The position numbers were made by a program, and so were the translations under genes. Below, in pieces: positions 9,022-17,288 of a DNA stretch of 64,000 bases. The first letter of the stretch is position 1, and each line of letters begins with the position of its first letter. The notes under the pieces are model-generated. The model was not told where the DNA came from. It did not search any database and saw only the letters and a program-made list of their open reading frames with translations. The DNA is taken from assembly GCA_030693425.1 (NCBI GenBank), contig JAUYAM010000001.1, positions 10,858 to 74,857 of the forward strand. Direction: 5' to 3'. This stretch comes from a bacterium. Lineage in GTDB: Bacteria; Patescibacteriota; Minisyncoccia; Minisyncoccales; GWA2-46-15.

Positions 9022-10023
9022 CTAGTCTATTTGCTGGAAAATCTTTTTTGCTTCTTGCCAAAAAGAAGGGTCCTGGTGTTTTTCCTTTAACCAATACCAC
9101 CATTCTGAACCCCAAAGGTAGAAAGTGTCGAGGCCGGTGGCCTGAGCAAACTCAATGTTATCACGAAATTTCTTCAGAGTCATGGTCTTCTGCTGTTCGG
9201 CCAGGGGCAGGCCATAGAGTAATTTTGGTCCCCAGGGCTCGGCCTGCAGCTCGATATTGATGACTCTCTTGTTAAAGATCTTTTCAACCAACTCGGCTTT
9301 CCGGTGGTAAAAAACCGGCGGAAAGGGATAATGACTGTAAACGCCGAGTTCTTTGAACCAAACTGTGCGGTAAAGAGTAATGCCGACAATGTCCCCTATT
9401 TTAGCGGCTTGAAACCAGAACGACCACTCGCCGCTGTCGGAAACAACAATCGGCCTTTGGCGCGAGTCGAGCTTTTTGACCAAATCGACTTCTTTTTTAA
9501 GAAAAATTTTATCTGGCGGCGGGCAATCGCCGAAATCAAACAAAGGCTCGTTCTCCACCTGCCAGGCCCAGACAACAGGATTTTCTCGGTAGCGCAAAAC
9601 TATCTTTTCCAGCAGATCCAAGACCGCTTTTTCCCTTTCTTGTTTCGGCAGGGTCTTGGCCCAGTCGGGCAAATGGCATTCCGGCCAGCGTGGAGTTTTC
9701 ATGCCGATGACCAAAAGAATTTTGGCCTCGCGAATCCCCGCCTGGTCAATTTGCCAATCTAAATCAGAAAAATCATAAAACCTTTTCTCTCTTTCCAATA
9801 GATCCCAGCTGGTGGAAATTTTGAGGTTTTTGACGTTTAAATCTTCCAGTAAAGCCAGATAGGCTTCCTGCCAAATCAAGCCAAGGTTTTCAGCATGTTT
9901 TTGGGAAAAATCAACTCCCCAGGCAATCTTCTCCGCCTTCGGAGCTCTGCCGACGAAAAAATAGCTGAAAACGGCCAGCAAAAACAAGAATAAAGAGATT
10001 AATAGCCTCTTCTTTAGTTTCAT
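9022..10023 (-). CDS. Membrane-anchored clan GH-A glycoside hydrolase (GH5-like)
   Basis: Start is MKLKKRLLISLFLFLL (signal/TM). WQVENEP contains the NEP acid/base signature. The ATG at 10023 overlaps the upstream stop as ATGA. Confidence 0.6.
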   Translation of the reverse strand: MKLKKRLLISLFLFLLAVFSYFFVGRAPKAEKIAWGVDFSQKHAENLGLIWQEAYLALLEDLNVKNLKISTSWDLLEREKRFYDFSDLDWQIDQAGIREAKILLVIGMKTPRWPECHLPDWAKTLPKQEREKAVLDLLEKIVLRYRENPVVWAWQVENEPLFDFGDCPPPDKIFLKKEVDLVKKLDSRQRPIVVSDSGEWSFWFQAAKIGDIVGITLYRTVWFKELGVYSHYPFPPVFYHRKAELVEKIFNKRVINIELQAEPWGPKLLYGLPLAEQQKTMTLKKFRDNIEFAQATGLDTFYLWGSEWWYWLKEKHQDPSFWQEAKKIFQQID

Positions 10024-10931
10024 GTCTTTAACGATAATGTTAAAACCCCCAGGCCGATGATAATAATCAGGACGGCCAGCGATTTCTGAAACATGCTTTT
10101 TGGAGAAATCTCCTCCTTGAGAATCTTCGGGAACTTTGCCGAAACCAAAACTGACAGGACCAGCAGAAAAACGTACCTGGTGCCCTCGAGGGCGTTGACG
10201 AAAGCCAAAAATCCCAAGGGGGCCAAGAGAATAGCCCAATTCTGTAAGAGTGAAGCCAGAGTTCCTATTCCTTGAGTTGCAAAAAAGATAATTCCTGATT
10301 TCTTTTGAAGAATAAAGTTTTTCTGAAAAATCTCGGCCCTTGTCTCTTTGGCCAAAAGAAAAACCAGGCTGGCAAGAAAAGCGCCCAGCCTGGTTAGAAT
10401 AATAGTCGTCCAAAAAGGCAGCTCCAAATAAAGGCTTTTTACCAGAACAAAGCTCAAGGCAAACAGGAAAGCTGAAGCAGCTGAAAAGAACAGGCTTTCT
10501 AGGGAGATCGCTTTTCCCTTGTCGGCGCTGATTAAAACGCTTCCTAAAACCAGCAATAAAAAAGCTGCCAGACTCTTTGGCGTCAGGCTCTGGGAACCAG
10601 AAAAAAGAAAAACAATTCCCAGGGTGAATATCGGAAGCAGGCCGCCGATAGCCGGAATCACTCTTGAAGCTTCGAACTTTTCCAGAGCGCTGTAAAGGAA
10701 ATAGCTGGCAAAGACCATCGAGCCGCCTGCTAAGAAACTCAAAAGAATCTGCCTTGAGTCTGGCCGGACAAAACCGACAAAAGGAATCAGAGCCAAGAGC
10801 AAAATCCCGGAAACATTGATAAAAAAGGTGTAGCTCTTGGGCTCGGGCGGGCCAGACAGCAGATACTTGTCGCCCAAGGCGCTGACCGCCAAAAGAAAAT
10901 AGCTGAAAATGGCAATTAATATCCAGAGCAT
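10020..10931 (-). CDS. EamA/DMT-family transporter
   Basis: 303 aa with about 10 predicted TM helices in two similar halves. Confidence 0.75.
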   Translation of the reverse strand: MLWILIAIFSYFLLAVSALGDKYLLSGPPEPKSYTFFINVSGILLLALIPFVGFVRPDSRQILLSFLAGGSMVFASYFLYSALEKFEASRVIPAIGGLLPIFTLGIVFLFSGSQSLTPKSLAAFLLLVLGSVLISADKGKAISLESLFFSAASAFLFALSFVLVKSLYLELPFWTTIILTRLGAFLASLVFLLAKETRAEIFQKNFILQKKSGIIFFATQGIGTLASLLQNWAILLAPLGFLAFVNALEGTRYVFLLVLSVLVSAKFPKILKEEISPKSMFQKSLAVLIIIIGLGVLTLSLKT

Positions 10932-12220
10932 TTTTCAATAATCTTTTGAATGTTAAAGGCGCCTAATTTCTCTCCTTCGAGAAAACCTTCAAAAGCCGTT
11001 TCTGCCAAATACCCTTGGGCCACCAAATCAAAAAGCCATTCGTGAACAAACCTCGGGTCTTTTTGAATAATGCCAAAGCCCGATTTTAAAAGCCATCTTT
11101 TATTGAATTCTTCGTGGGAACCGATAGTCGGAGCGATGATAATCGGCAGCCCCAAGGCCGCGTAAAAAGAGAGTTCCGAGGGTTTGGTCCAAAGAATATC
11201 TGTTTGTCTCAAACAGCTGTTGAAATCTTTGAAATAGTCTTTCACGCTTGAAGAGAATAAAACTTCCAAAGTCTTTCCCAGCCGATTACTCAATCTCAAA
11301 GATTCTATCTGTTTTAAGAAATAATCTTTAACCGCCTTTCTGGCGCCGGCGACGAGAACCATCCTGATTTTCCCCAGTTTTATGTCTTTGGCAAGACTTT
11401 TTAGAACCTGGACGGCCAGTTTTTTCTGGGCTCCGGCTCCGCCGACGGCAAAAGTCAGAGTTAAAACATGGCTGCTCCTCAAGGGCAAATCCAGACGGCT
11501 TTTAATTAAAGGATAATACTTATAGAAAAACTTTTTCTGGGGGTCGAGGTTTGAAATTCTTTCTCTTAAGTCTTGTTTCAGAACGTCAAGGTTCTCGTTT
11601 CCGATGTTGTCTACGGGTAAAGGAAAACCTGTTAAAAGAATATTTCCTGGCCTAACTCCATAAAGCTTTAGCCTTTCAACTACCCTTTCAGTTGGAGCAA
11701 AATACTTAATCTTGCTCTTTTCCGGATCCAAAGGAGCCCAGGCTCTGGTAATGTCGGTGTCGCAAACAACGCAAAAGATTTCGCCGGGATAGCCAAAGAA
11801 TTCGGCCATAAAGGCCGGAGTGAAAAAGGTACTGATTATCGGCAGAGGATTCTTTTTCAATCTTCCGATCAGATCTCTGCCCCAACCCGTTTTAAGCAAA
11901 AAATAGATTTGTCTTAGGGCGAGAGTGGGCTTTGAAAGGTCTCTTTTCGGGTAAAAGGGCTGGACTTTTTGGGCGGCGTCAAGAATCGAAAAAATCAGGC
12001 CGCCGATCAAGGGCGCTCTCTTGAAAGCAGAAACCGACTCATAGAATTTTTGCTGAGCCTCCCAGATTCGGCGATCTCTTGCGGACATGCCCTCGTAGTT
12101 ATTGGCGCAGATGACTTTTTCCTCATACGCCAAATGCTGCAGATTATTGGCTGTCCGCTGGTGGCCATAACCCATGTCAACCGTCACTACCCAGGCTTTC
12201 TGCTTAGAAAATGTTTCCAT
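10916..12220 (-). CDS. GT-B glycosyltransferase (MGDG-synthase/UgtP-like)
   Basis: N-terminal VVTVDMGYGHQRTA resembles the GxGH motif of MGDG-synthase-type GT28 enzymes. The C-terminal half is Rossmann-like (FAVGGAGAQ). Confidence 0.55.
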   Translation of the reverse strand: METFSKQKAWVVTVDMGYGHQRTANNLQHLAYEEKVICANNYEGMSARDRRIWEAQQKFYESVSAFKRAPLIGGLIFSILDAAQKVQPFYPKRDLSKPTLALRQIYFLLKTGWGRDLIGRLKKNPLPIISTFFTPAFMAEFFGYPGEIFCVVCDTDITRAWAPLDPEKSKIKYFAPTERVVERLKLYGVRPGNILLTGFPLPVDNIGNENLDVLKQDLRERISNLDPQKKFFYKYYPLIKSRLDLPLRSSHVLTLTFAVGGAGAQKKLAVQVLKSLAKDIKLGKIRMVLVAGARKAVKDYFLKQIESLRLSNRLGKTLEVLFSSSVKDYFKDFNSCLRQTDILWTKPSELSFYAALGLPIIIAPTIGSHEEFNKRWLLKSGFGIIQKDPRFVHEWLFDLVAQGYLAETAFEGFLEGEKLGAFNIQKIIEKCSGY

Positions 12221-12251
12221 AATGACTTTTTTTTAGTCTACCAGAAATTTC

Positions 12252-13727
12252 TCAATAGAAAAACTCTTGCTTTCTGGCAGATTGAATCTTCCAGGTTGCC
12301 AGAATCAAAAATAAATAGGCGGCCAAAACTAAAATCGCGGACAAGTTTCCAAAAACAAGATGGGCGAAAGGGATTTTCAAGGACAAATCAATCACCAAAA
12401 GAATATAGCTTAGGCCTAGCCACAAAATCCAGGAAAGAATCTGGCCAAAAAACAGAGAAATCATGCCCAAAATCCCAAAGACAAAACCGATAATTGTCAG
12501 ATAAGGAATCAAGGGAACCAAAAGAATATTGGTCAGGGGTGAAATCAGGGAAACGTAGCCAAAATTGTAAATTAAAAGAGGGAGGGTAAAAACCTGCGCG
12601 GCAAAAGTGGCTGATAGGTTTGTGCGGAAAAAATCCGGCAATCTCCGAAAAACCTTTTGCTTAAAAAACGGCTGCCAGTAGATGAGACCGGCCATCGCCA
12701 GAAAAGACAGCTGGAAGCCGACGTCAAACCTCAACAGCAAAGGATTCTCTGCCAGAATGACGGCGGCGCTGAAAACCAAAGATCGAGAGCCGGCGGCCAG
12801 CCTCCCCGAAAACTGAGCTGCCAGAAACAAACTAACCATCAGTCCGGCTCTCAAAGCCGACGCGGGCGCGCCGATCATCAAAACGTAGAGCCAGATAAAG
12901 ATCAGAGAAATCAAAGAGGCCTGCTGCCGCCAAAAGCCGAGGCTCAAAAGGGTGCCGGCCAGCAAAAAACTGATAATGGTAATGTTCATACCCGAAACCG
13001 CCGTCAGATGCCTGGTCCCGGAAAGATTGAGCTTTTCTTTCCACGAACTGGGAATATTTCCCTCCTCGCCAAAAGTCAAAGCCTCAAAAATCCCCAGATG
13101 AGGCGGCGACAAAAGCTTTTGCCAGGTTTCCCGGAATCTGTCTTTAAACTCAAAAAGAACCTTCCTGATTGAACTTCCCTGGCTAGATTCTAATAGCTCA
13201 ACTTTAGGGAAGATCATTGTTGAGTAAATTCTTTCTTTCTGCAAGTATCCTTGGTAATTGAACTTCTCAAAATTCTCCGGCGTCTTCAACTTCCCTTGGA
13301 TTTTTATCCTGTCGCCATAATGATAGCTCGGGTATTTTGAGGCAATCACCAGCAGATTCTCCTGGATTCTGCTGCCGCTGAGATTTTCGATTCTCGTTTT
13401 TAACTGCTGGCTGCTGTCGCGTGAATCTGGTTCGTCATAAATTACTCCGACAAGATTTAAAGTCTGGCTAGCGCCATTAAATTCCCTTAATTCAGATTCA
13501 AAGATTTTTCCTGCTTCAGACTGATAACGAAAACCTCCCAGCGAAAAAGCCAAAAGAAGAATTCCGGCAATCAATAATCGCTTATCGAATCTAAAAACGA
13601 AAAGGGAAATTGCGAGGATAAACAAAAACCCCAGCAGAACTTGCTGGGGAATGTTAAAGAAAGAATTGATAAAAACTCCGCAGATAAAAGACAGGCAGCT
13701 CCAAAAAAATAGTTTTCCTTTGGCCAT
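12252..13727 (-). CDS. comEC: ComEC/Rec2 DNA-uptake channel (no metallo-beta-lactamase domain)
   Basis: N-terminal OB/DUF4131-like region, then a polytopic domain containing LSGTRHLTAVSGMNITII. Confidence 0.8.
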   Translation of the reverse strand: MAKGKLFFWSCLSFICGVFINSFFNIPQQVLLGFLFILAISLFVFRFDKRLLIAGILLLAFSLGGFRYQSEAGKIFESELREFNGASQTLNLVGVIYDEPDSRDSSQQLKTRIENLSGSRIQENLLVIASKYPSYHYGDRIKIQGKLKTPENFEKFNYQGYLQKERIYSTMIFPKVELLESSQGSSIRKVLFEFKDRFRETWQKLLSPPHLGIFEALTFGEEGNIPSSWKEKLNLSGTRHLTAVSGMNITIISFLLAGTLLSLGFWRQQASLISLIFIWLYVLMIGAPASALRAGLMVSLFLAAQFSGRLAAGSRSLVFSAAVILAENPLLLRFDVGFQLSFLAMAGLIYWQPFFKQKVFRRLPDFFRTNLSATFAAQVFTLPLLIYNFGYVSLISPLTNILLVPLIPYLTIIGFVFGILGMISLFFGQILSWILWLGLSYILLVIDLSLKIPFAHLVFGNLSAILVLAAYLFLILATWKIQSARKQEFFY

Positions 13728-13740
13728 TATTCAGAAAATC

Positions 13741-14493
13741 TTACCTCGTTTCGCAAATTGAGAAATGCTTTGCGATTTCTTTTTTTATTTCCGCGAGAAC
13801 TTCTTGAGGATACGGCTTGAGCTTTTTGAATCGTGGGTTCAAAGTTTTTTCCGGCCTAAAGTTCTGCAAAAAGTAAGCTCTGGCCGGAGCAATGCCTTTG
13901 GCGATTTGAACAATATCTTTTTTGGAATGAAGCCCAGGCACTACCGTACTTCTGAACTCATAATCAATTCCCGACTCTTTAATGATTTCAATGCTTTTTT
14001 TGATTTTCTCTAAATCAACTTTCACCCCCGTCGCTTTTTGATATTTTGATATTGGGATTTGGGATTTTTTTTGGAATTTGGATTTTGGAATTTGGATTTT
14101 GGCACCTAACGGTGCCTTAATATCCATCGCTACATAATCAAGTAGCTTCTCTTTGATCAGCTTCTCTAGCATCTTTGGATTACTGCCGTTGGTATCCAGT
14201 TTCACCAAAAAGCCTAGTTTCTTAATCTTTTTGATGAGATCCGGCAGATCTTTATTGGTTGTTGGCTCTCCACCGCACAAAACCGCGCCGTCTAATAATC
14301 CTTTTCTTTTTTTCAAAAACGCAAAAAGCTCTTTTTCAGAGATTCTTGGCTGTTTTCTTATTTTCTCTGGCAAAACCAGTTCCGATGAATAGCACCAGGG
14401 ACAGCGAAAGCTGCAACCCGCCAAAAACACCGTGGCCGCTATTTTCCCCGGGTAATCAATTAAAGTAGTTTTCTGCAGACCGGCAATTAACAT
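13741..14493 (-). CDS. nrdG: Anaerobic ribonucleotide reductase activating protein (radical SAM)
   Basis: CSFRCPWCYS is a CxxxCxxC cluster, and GGEPT is present. The start was moved to ATG 14493 (MLIAGLQKTTLIDYPG). Confidence 0.85.
   Translation of the reverse strand: MLIAGLQKTTLIDYPGKIAATVFLAGCSFRCPWCYSSELVLPEKIRKQPRISEKELFAFLKKRKGLLDGAVLCGGEPTTNKDLPDLIKKIKKLGFLVKLDTNGSNPKMLEKLIKEKLLDYVAMDIKAPLGAKIQIPKSKFQKKSQIPISKYQKATGVKVDLEKIKKSIEIIKESGIDYEFRSTVVPGLHSKKDIVQIAKGIAPARAYFLQNFRPEKTLNPRFKKLKPYPQEVLAEIKKEIAKHFSICETR
14037..14101. repeat. In-frame tandem repeat inside nrdG (AAAATCCAAATTCC units)
   Basis: ttgatattttgatattgggatttgggattttttttggaatttggattttggaatttggattttgg encodes AKIQIPKSKFQKKSQIPISKYQK. 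Confidence 0.85.
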
Positions 14494-14532
14494 ATTGCAA
14501 TTAATAAATTGTAACATAATAAGCTTGAAATA

Positions 14533-14563
14533 AAGCAAAAGAGGGGGAAGTTCGTTTCCCCCT
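14533..14563 (-). terminator. Intrinsic terminator after tdk
   Basis: Hairpin AGGGGGAA-N6-TTCCCCCT at 14542-14563, followed on the minus strand by CTTTTGCTTTATTT. Confidence 0.6.
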
Positions 14564-14573
14564 CCCTCTTTCG

Positions 14574-15200
14574 CTACTTATGGCATTCCGGAGCCAACCT
14601 GGCATGACAATCAGGACAGACCCGGGTGTAAAGTTCTTTGGCGATCCTTTCGACCGCGTCTCCGACAGGTGAACCCTGCCGGAAGTTGCAAGTAGCCATT
14701 TTCTCATGACAGCTCAGACACTCGGCAATGATCTCAACTGTCTCATCAGCCATTTCTGCAATAGCAGGCATGCATCCAAACGGCTCATCCTCAAAGGTCT
14801 TAAGTAGACCGCCCACTACGCAGTGGACCCCGCTGGCTGTCAGCTCGACAATGAAATCGGTTAGAGCCGTCTGCCAATGAGAAGTGCCGACATCAATGAG
14901 TTGGGCTTCATCAATTACCACCAATCGGGTCTCTTTGCGGAGCGCCATCTTCATTTCCTCGGTAGTCCTCACCAGGGTGGCCGTAACACTCACCGGGCCA
15001 GAGAGGATATGGTCGTGAACCGGAAATGAAAAGATCTGAATTCTCGGTTCTTCGAGGCCATAGGCGGCCTGAAGTTGAAGCATATGTGCCACCACCAAAG
15101 CCGATTTGCCTGCATTCATCGTACCCGTCACTCCCACTAGTGACCCTTTGTCTCCGGATGGCGGAGGCGTTCGGACTACCGTTACAATCTGTCTTCGCAT
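14574..15200 (-). CDS. tdk: Thymidine kinase (TK1-type)
   Basis: P-loop GTMNAGKS, VIDEAQL, and a C-terminal Cys4 (CLSC...CPDC). The start was moved to ATG 15200, preceded by GAGGAGG. Confidence 0.65.
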   Translation of the reverse strand: MRRQIVTVVRTPPPSGDKGSLVGVTGTMNAGKSALVVAHMLQLQAAYGLEEPRIQIFSFPVHDHILSGPVSVTATLVRTTEEMKMALRKETRLVVIDEAQLIDVGTSHWQTALTDFIVELTASGVHCVVGGLLKTFEDEPFGCMPAIAEMADETVEIIAECLSCHEKMATCNFRQGSPVGDAVERIAKELYTRVCPDCHARLAPECHK

Positions 15201-15289
15201 TTTGTCCTCCTCTGAACAAAATATATGAAATTTGGATTTCAAAACATCTATTCTTAAACAAGCAAAGAAAAAAGAGGGTGTCAAGCTCC
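15201..15289 (-). promoter_or_regulatory. Conserved upstream element, copy 1 (tdk)
   Basis: 15231-15289 is about 80% identical to 15991-16049. Read on the minus strand it contains TTGACA and AAATCCAAATTT. Confidence 0.55.
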
Positions 15290-15337
15290 TCTCTAAATAA
15301 CTAAAGGGCCAATCATTTTCTGATTGGCCTCTAGTAT

Positions 15338-15973
15338 TTATTTGCTTCTAATGAGCCTGAGGGTTTTTTCTACTTCTTCTACAATTCCAGAGGCTCCCTC
15401 CTCGGTGTTGGCATTAAGGGTGTCGAAATCCAACACCAGAGATGGAACGCTAGCCTGTCCCAGCCATTTTTCCAGGCACGCCATTTGAAGAGCGAGATAT
15501 TCTTCAGTAATACATTTTTCCATCTCTCTCCCCCGGCCCTTGATTCTAGCCATGGCAGTGCCTGGCGCCACCCTGCAGTAGATCAAGAAGTCTGTCTTTG
15601 GCAGGCCGTTCATCAAAGCCTCTACTGCCAGATGATACAAATCATATTCTGCCACCGACAAGCTTCCCATCTTCCTTAGGGCCTCGACGTACATGTAGAC
15701 GTCGAGATCCATAGAAGGATCAATGGCTACCGGGAAATACTCCAGCAGCCGTCCGGCTGCCATGGTTAAAGCCCATTTTCGCAGCAAAAAGAACAGCTGC
15801 GACTGAAAGGCTTTTTCCTTCATGCCAGAAGCGTAATATTCTGGCAAAAAAGGATTGGCGACAAAAGGCTCCTCGAGATGAAGAAAACCAGATCTCTTGA
15901 GAAGCTCGGCTAGGGTGGATTTTCCCGAGCCGGTCAAGCCCAACAACCCAACAAAAATGTGTTTTCCTGACAT
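15338..15973 (-). CDS. Deoxynucleoside kinase (dAK/dGK/dCK family)
   Basis: P-loop GLTGSGKSTLAELL, plus EEPFVANPFLPEYY...FQSQLFFLLRK typical of the dNK family. SD is AAAGGAGG. Confidence 0.85.
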   Translation of the reverse strand: MSGKHIFVGLLGLTGSGKSTLAELLKRSGFLHLEEPFVANPFLPEYYASGMKEKAFQSQLFFLLRKWALTMAAGRLLEYFPVAIDPSMDLDVYMYVEALRKMGSLSVAEYDLYHLAVEALMNGLPKTDFLIYCRVAPGTAMARIKGRGREMEKCITEEYLALQMACLEKWLGQASVPSLVLDFDTLNANTEEGASGIVEEVEKTLRLIRSK

Positions 15974-16049
15974 GTTCGCCTCCTTTAGACGAATCCTGCA
16001 ATTGGATTTTGAAATATCTATCCTTAAACAAGCAAATTAAAAAAGAGAC
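15974..16049 (-). promoter_or_regulatory. Conserved upstream element, copy 2 (dNK)
   Basis: Paralog of 15201-15289. Contains TTGACG and AAAATCCAATT. Confidence 0.55.
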
Positions 16050-16089
16050 GTCAACCTATTCAATAACTAGTTGGACATGCGATGTCCAA

Positions 16090-17286
16090 CTAAACTTGAT
16101 TCGCTTTCAATTTAAACTCTTTTCTTTCTTCGTACTCTCCCGGTCTCAAAGTTTCCGAATGATAATTTCTAAAAATGTCCTCAAAAAGTTCTTTTTTCCT
16201 TTCTAGAAAAACTTTGGAATTATTATACAAATAGCGGTAAATCACTCTTAATTGATTGATTCCGCCGTATCGCACTCTGTAAATCCTTTTGCCAGGATAA
16301 TTTATAGAATTAGCGGATAATCCTAATTTTAACAAGCGAGATTGAATCTCTAAAACAAATTCTTTGTTGCCCTCAATATTAAAATCTCCGCCGTAAAAAA
16401 GATATAATTGACCCGATTTGCCACGGCTAACTCTTATTGCCCTGCTTATGCAACCGTCGGCATCAAACACTCCTCTGATAAAATGGGGTTCTAAATACTC
16501 CGGAATGCTTGGGAACCTAACGCTAAACGTTTTACGGGGTGTGACATGATAACGAGCTAAGTTGGAAACCATTTTTGACGATCTAAAGACAACCTCTGTG
16601 GCACCATCTCTCTTGGAATAATAATCTTTTCCCGTCCAACTTACCGCTTTTTTAAATTTACTAAGATGATCTGTATCCTTATTGGCGAGACGCAATCTTA
16701 TTTTATTTTCCGTTATCGTCCCATCGCCGCTAAAAAATCCTAGCCAGTATGCTTTTTCTTCATTATCAATACTGCTAAAAAACGACTCGTCTAAATTATA
16801 AATCCGGTGGGCTCGACTTAATCTAATTCTATCTTCAAAAGTTTCTGGCTTCCAATGTGGACTACAATGCTTGCACCAATAAGGATGGGTGAGTGTTTTA
16901 AGAGAGTAATTCCGCACAAATTTTTCTCTCCCGCAAGTTGTACATACTACGATAACCTTTCGACTAATTCCTCCTCGCCAAAAATGACATTTCGCGCCAG
17001 CATTCCAAGGTTGAGGTTTTCCCGTTAATGTCTCTCTTATTTTCCTTTTGTGCTCTTCTGTAAAAGGTGGTTTTTTCTTCCCCTTAAGAACTTGGCTCAA
17101 TTTTCTTTTAGTTTCTTCCGACAACTTTTTTCCTTTTTGGGCTTCACCAATCTTTTTTCTCGTTTCTAGAGAATTAATATAACCTAATCTCCTCTTCCTC
17201 TCCAGTCGAGCTATTCTTATTTTCTCTTTTGTTTCATTTGAATGATGTTTCCCTAACATCGCTGGTTTTCTTTTACTAACTTCCAT
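16090..17286 (-). CDS. Free-standing homing endonuclease: NUMOD3-like repeats plus a double LAGLIDADG domain
   Basis: N-terminus has repeated GKxxSEETKxKI units ([35 protein letters not shown]). The C-terminal half has [12 protein letters not shown] and [12 protein letters not shown]. It starts 2 nt after the nrdD stop. Confidence 0.8.
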   Translation of the reverse strand: MEVSKRKPAMLGKHHSNETKEKIRIARLERKRRLGYINSLETRKKIGEAQKGKKLSEETKRKLSQVLKGKKKPPFTEEHKRKIRETLTGKPQPWNAGAKCHFWRGGISRKVIVVCTTCGREKFVRNYSLKTLTHPYWCKHCSPHWKPETFEDRIRLSRAHRIYNLDESFFSSIDNEEKAYWLGFFSGDGTITENKIRLRLANKDTDHLSKFKKAVSWTGKDYYSKRDGATEVVFRSSKMVSNLARYHVTPRKTFSVRFPSIPEYLEPHFIRGVFDADGCISRAIRVSRGKSGQLYLFYGGDFNIEGNKEFVLEIQSRLLKLGLSANSINYPGKRIYRVRYGGINQLRVIYRYLYNNSKVFLERKKELFEDIFRNYHSETLRPGEYEERKEFKLKANQV

Positions 17287-17288
17287 AT

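Noticed and set aside
9022-10938. A 638-aa ORF in the track that spans two genes.
   Set aside because: Its N-terminal 300 aa are low-complexity and Arg/Ser/Phe-rich. They lie out of frame over the well-formed EamA transporter gene (10020-10931). The real gene starts at ATG 10023 (MKLKKR, a signal/TM sequence) and overlaps the EamA stop as ATGA.
15201-15289. NrdR boxes in the tdk/dNK upstream elements.
   Set aside because: The segment aacaaaatatatgaaat only partly resembles the remembered NrdR-box palindrome, and the second copy matches it even less. No nrdR gene is in the window. I kept only the neutral call of 'conserved upstream element'.
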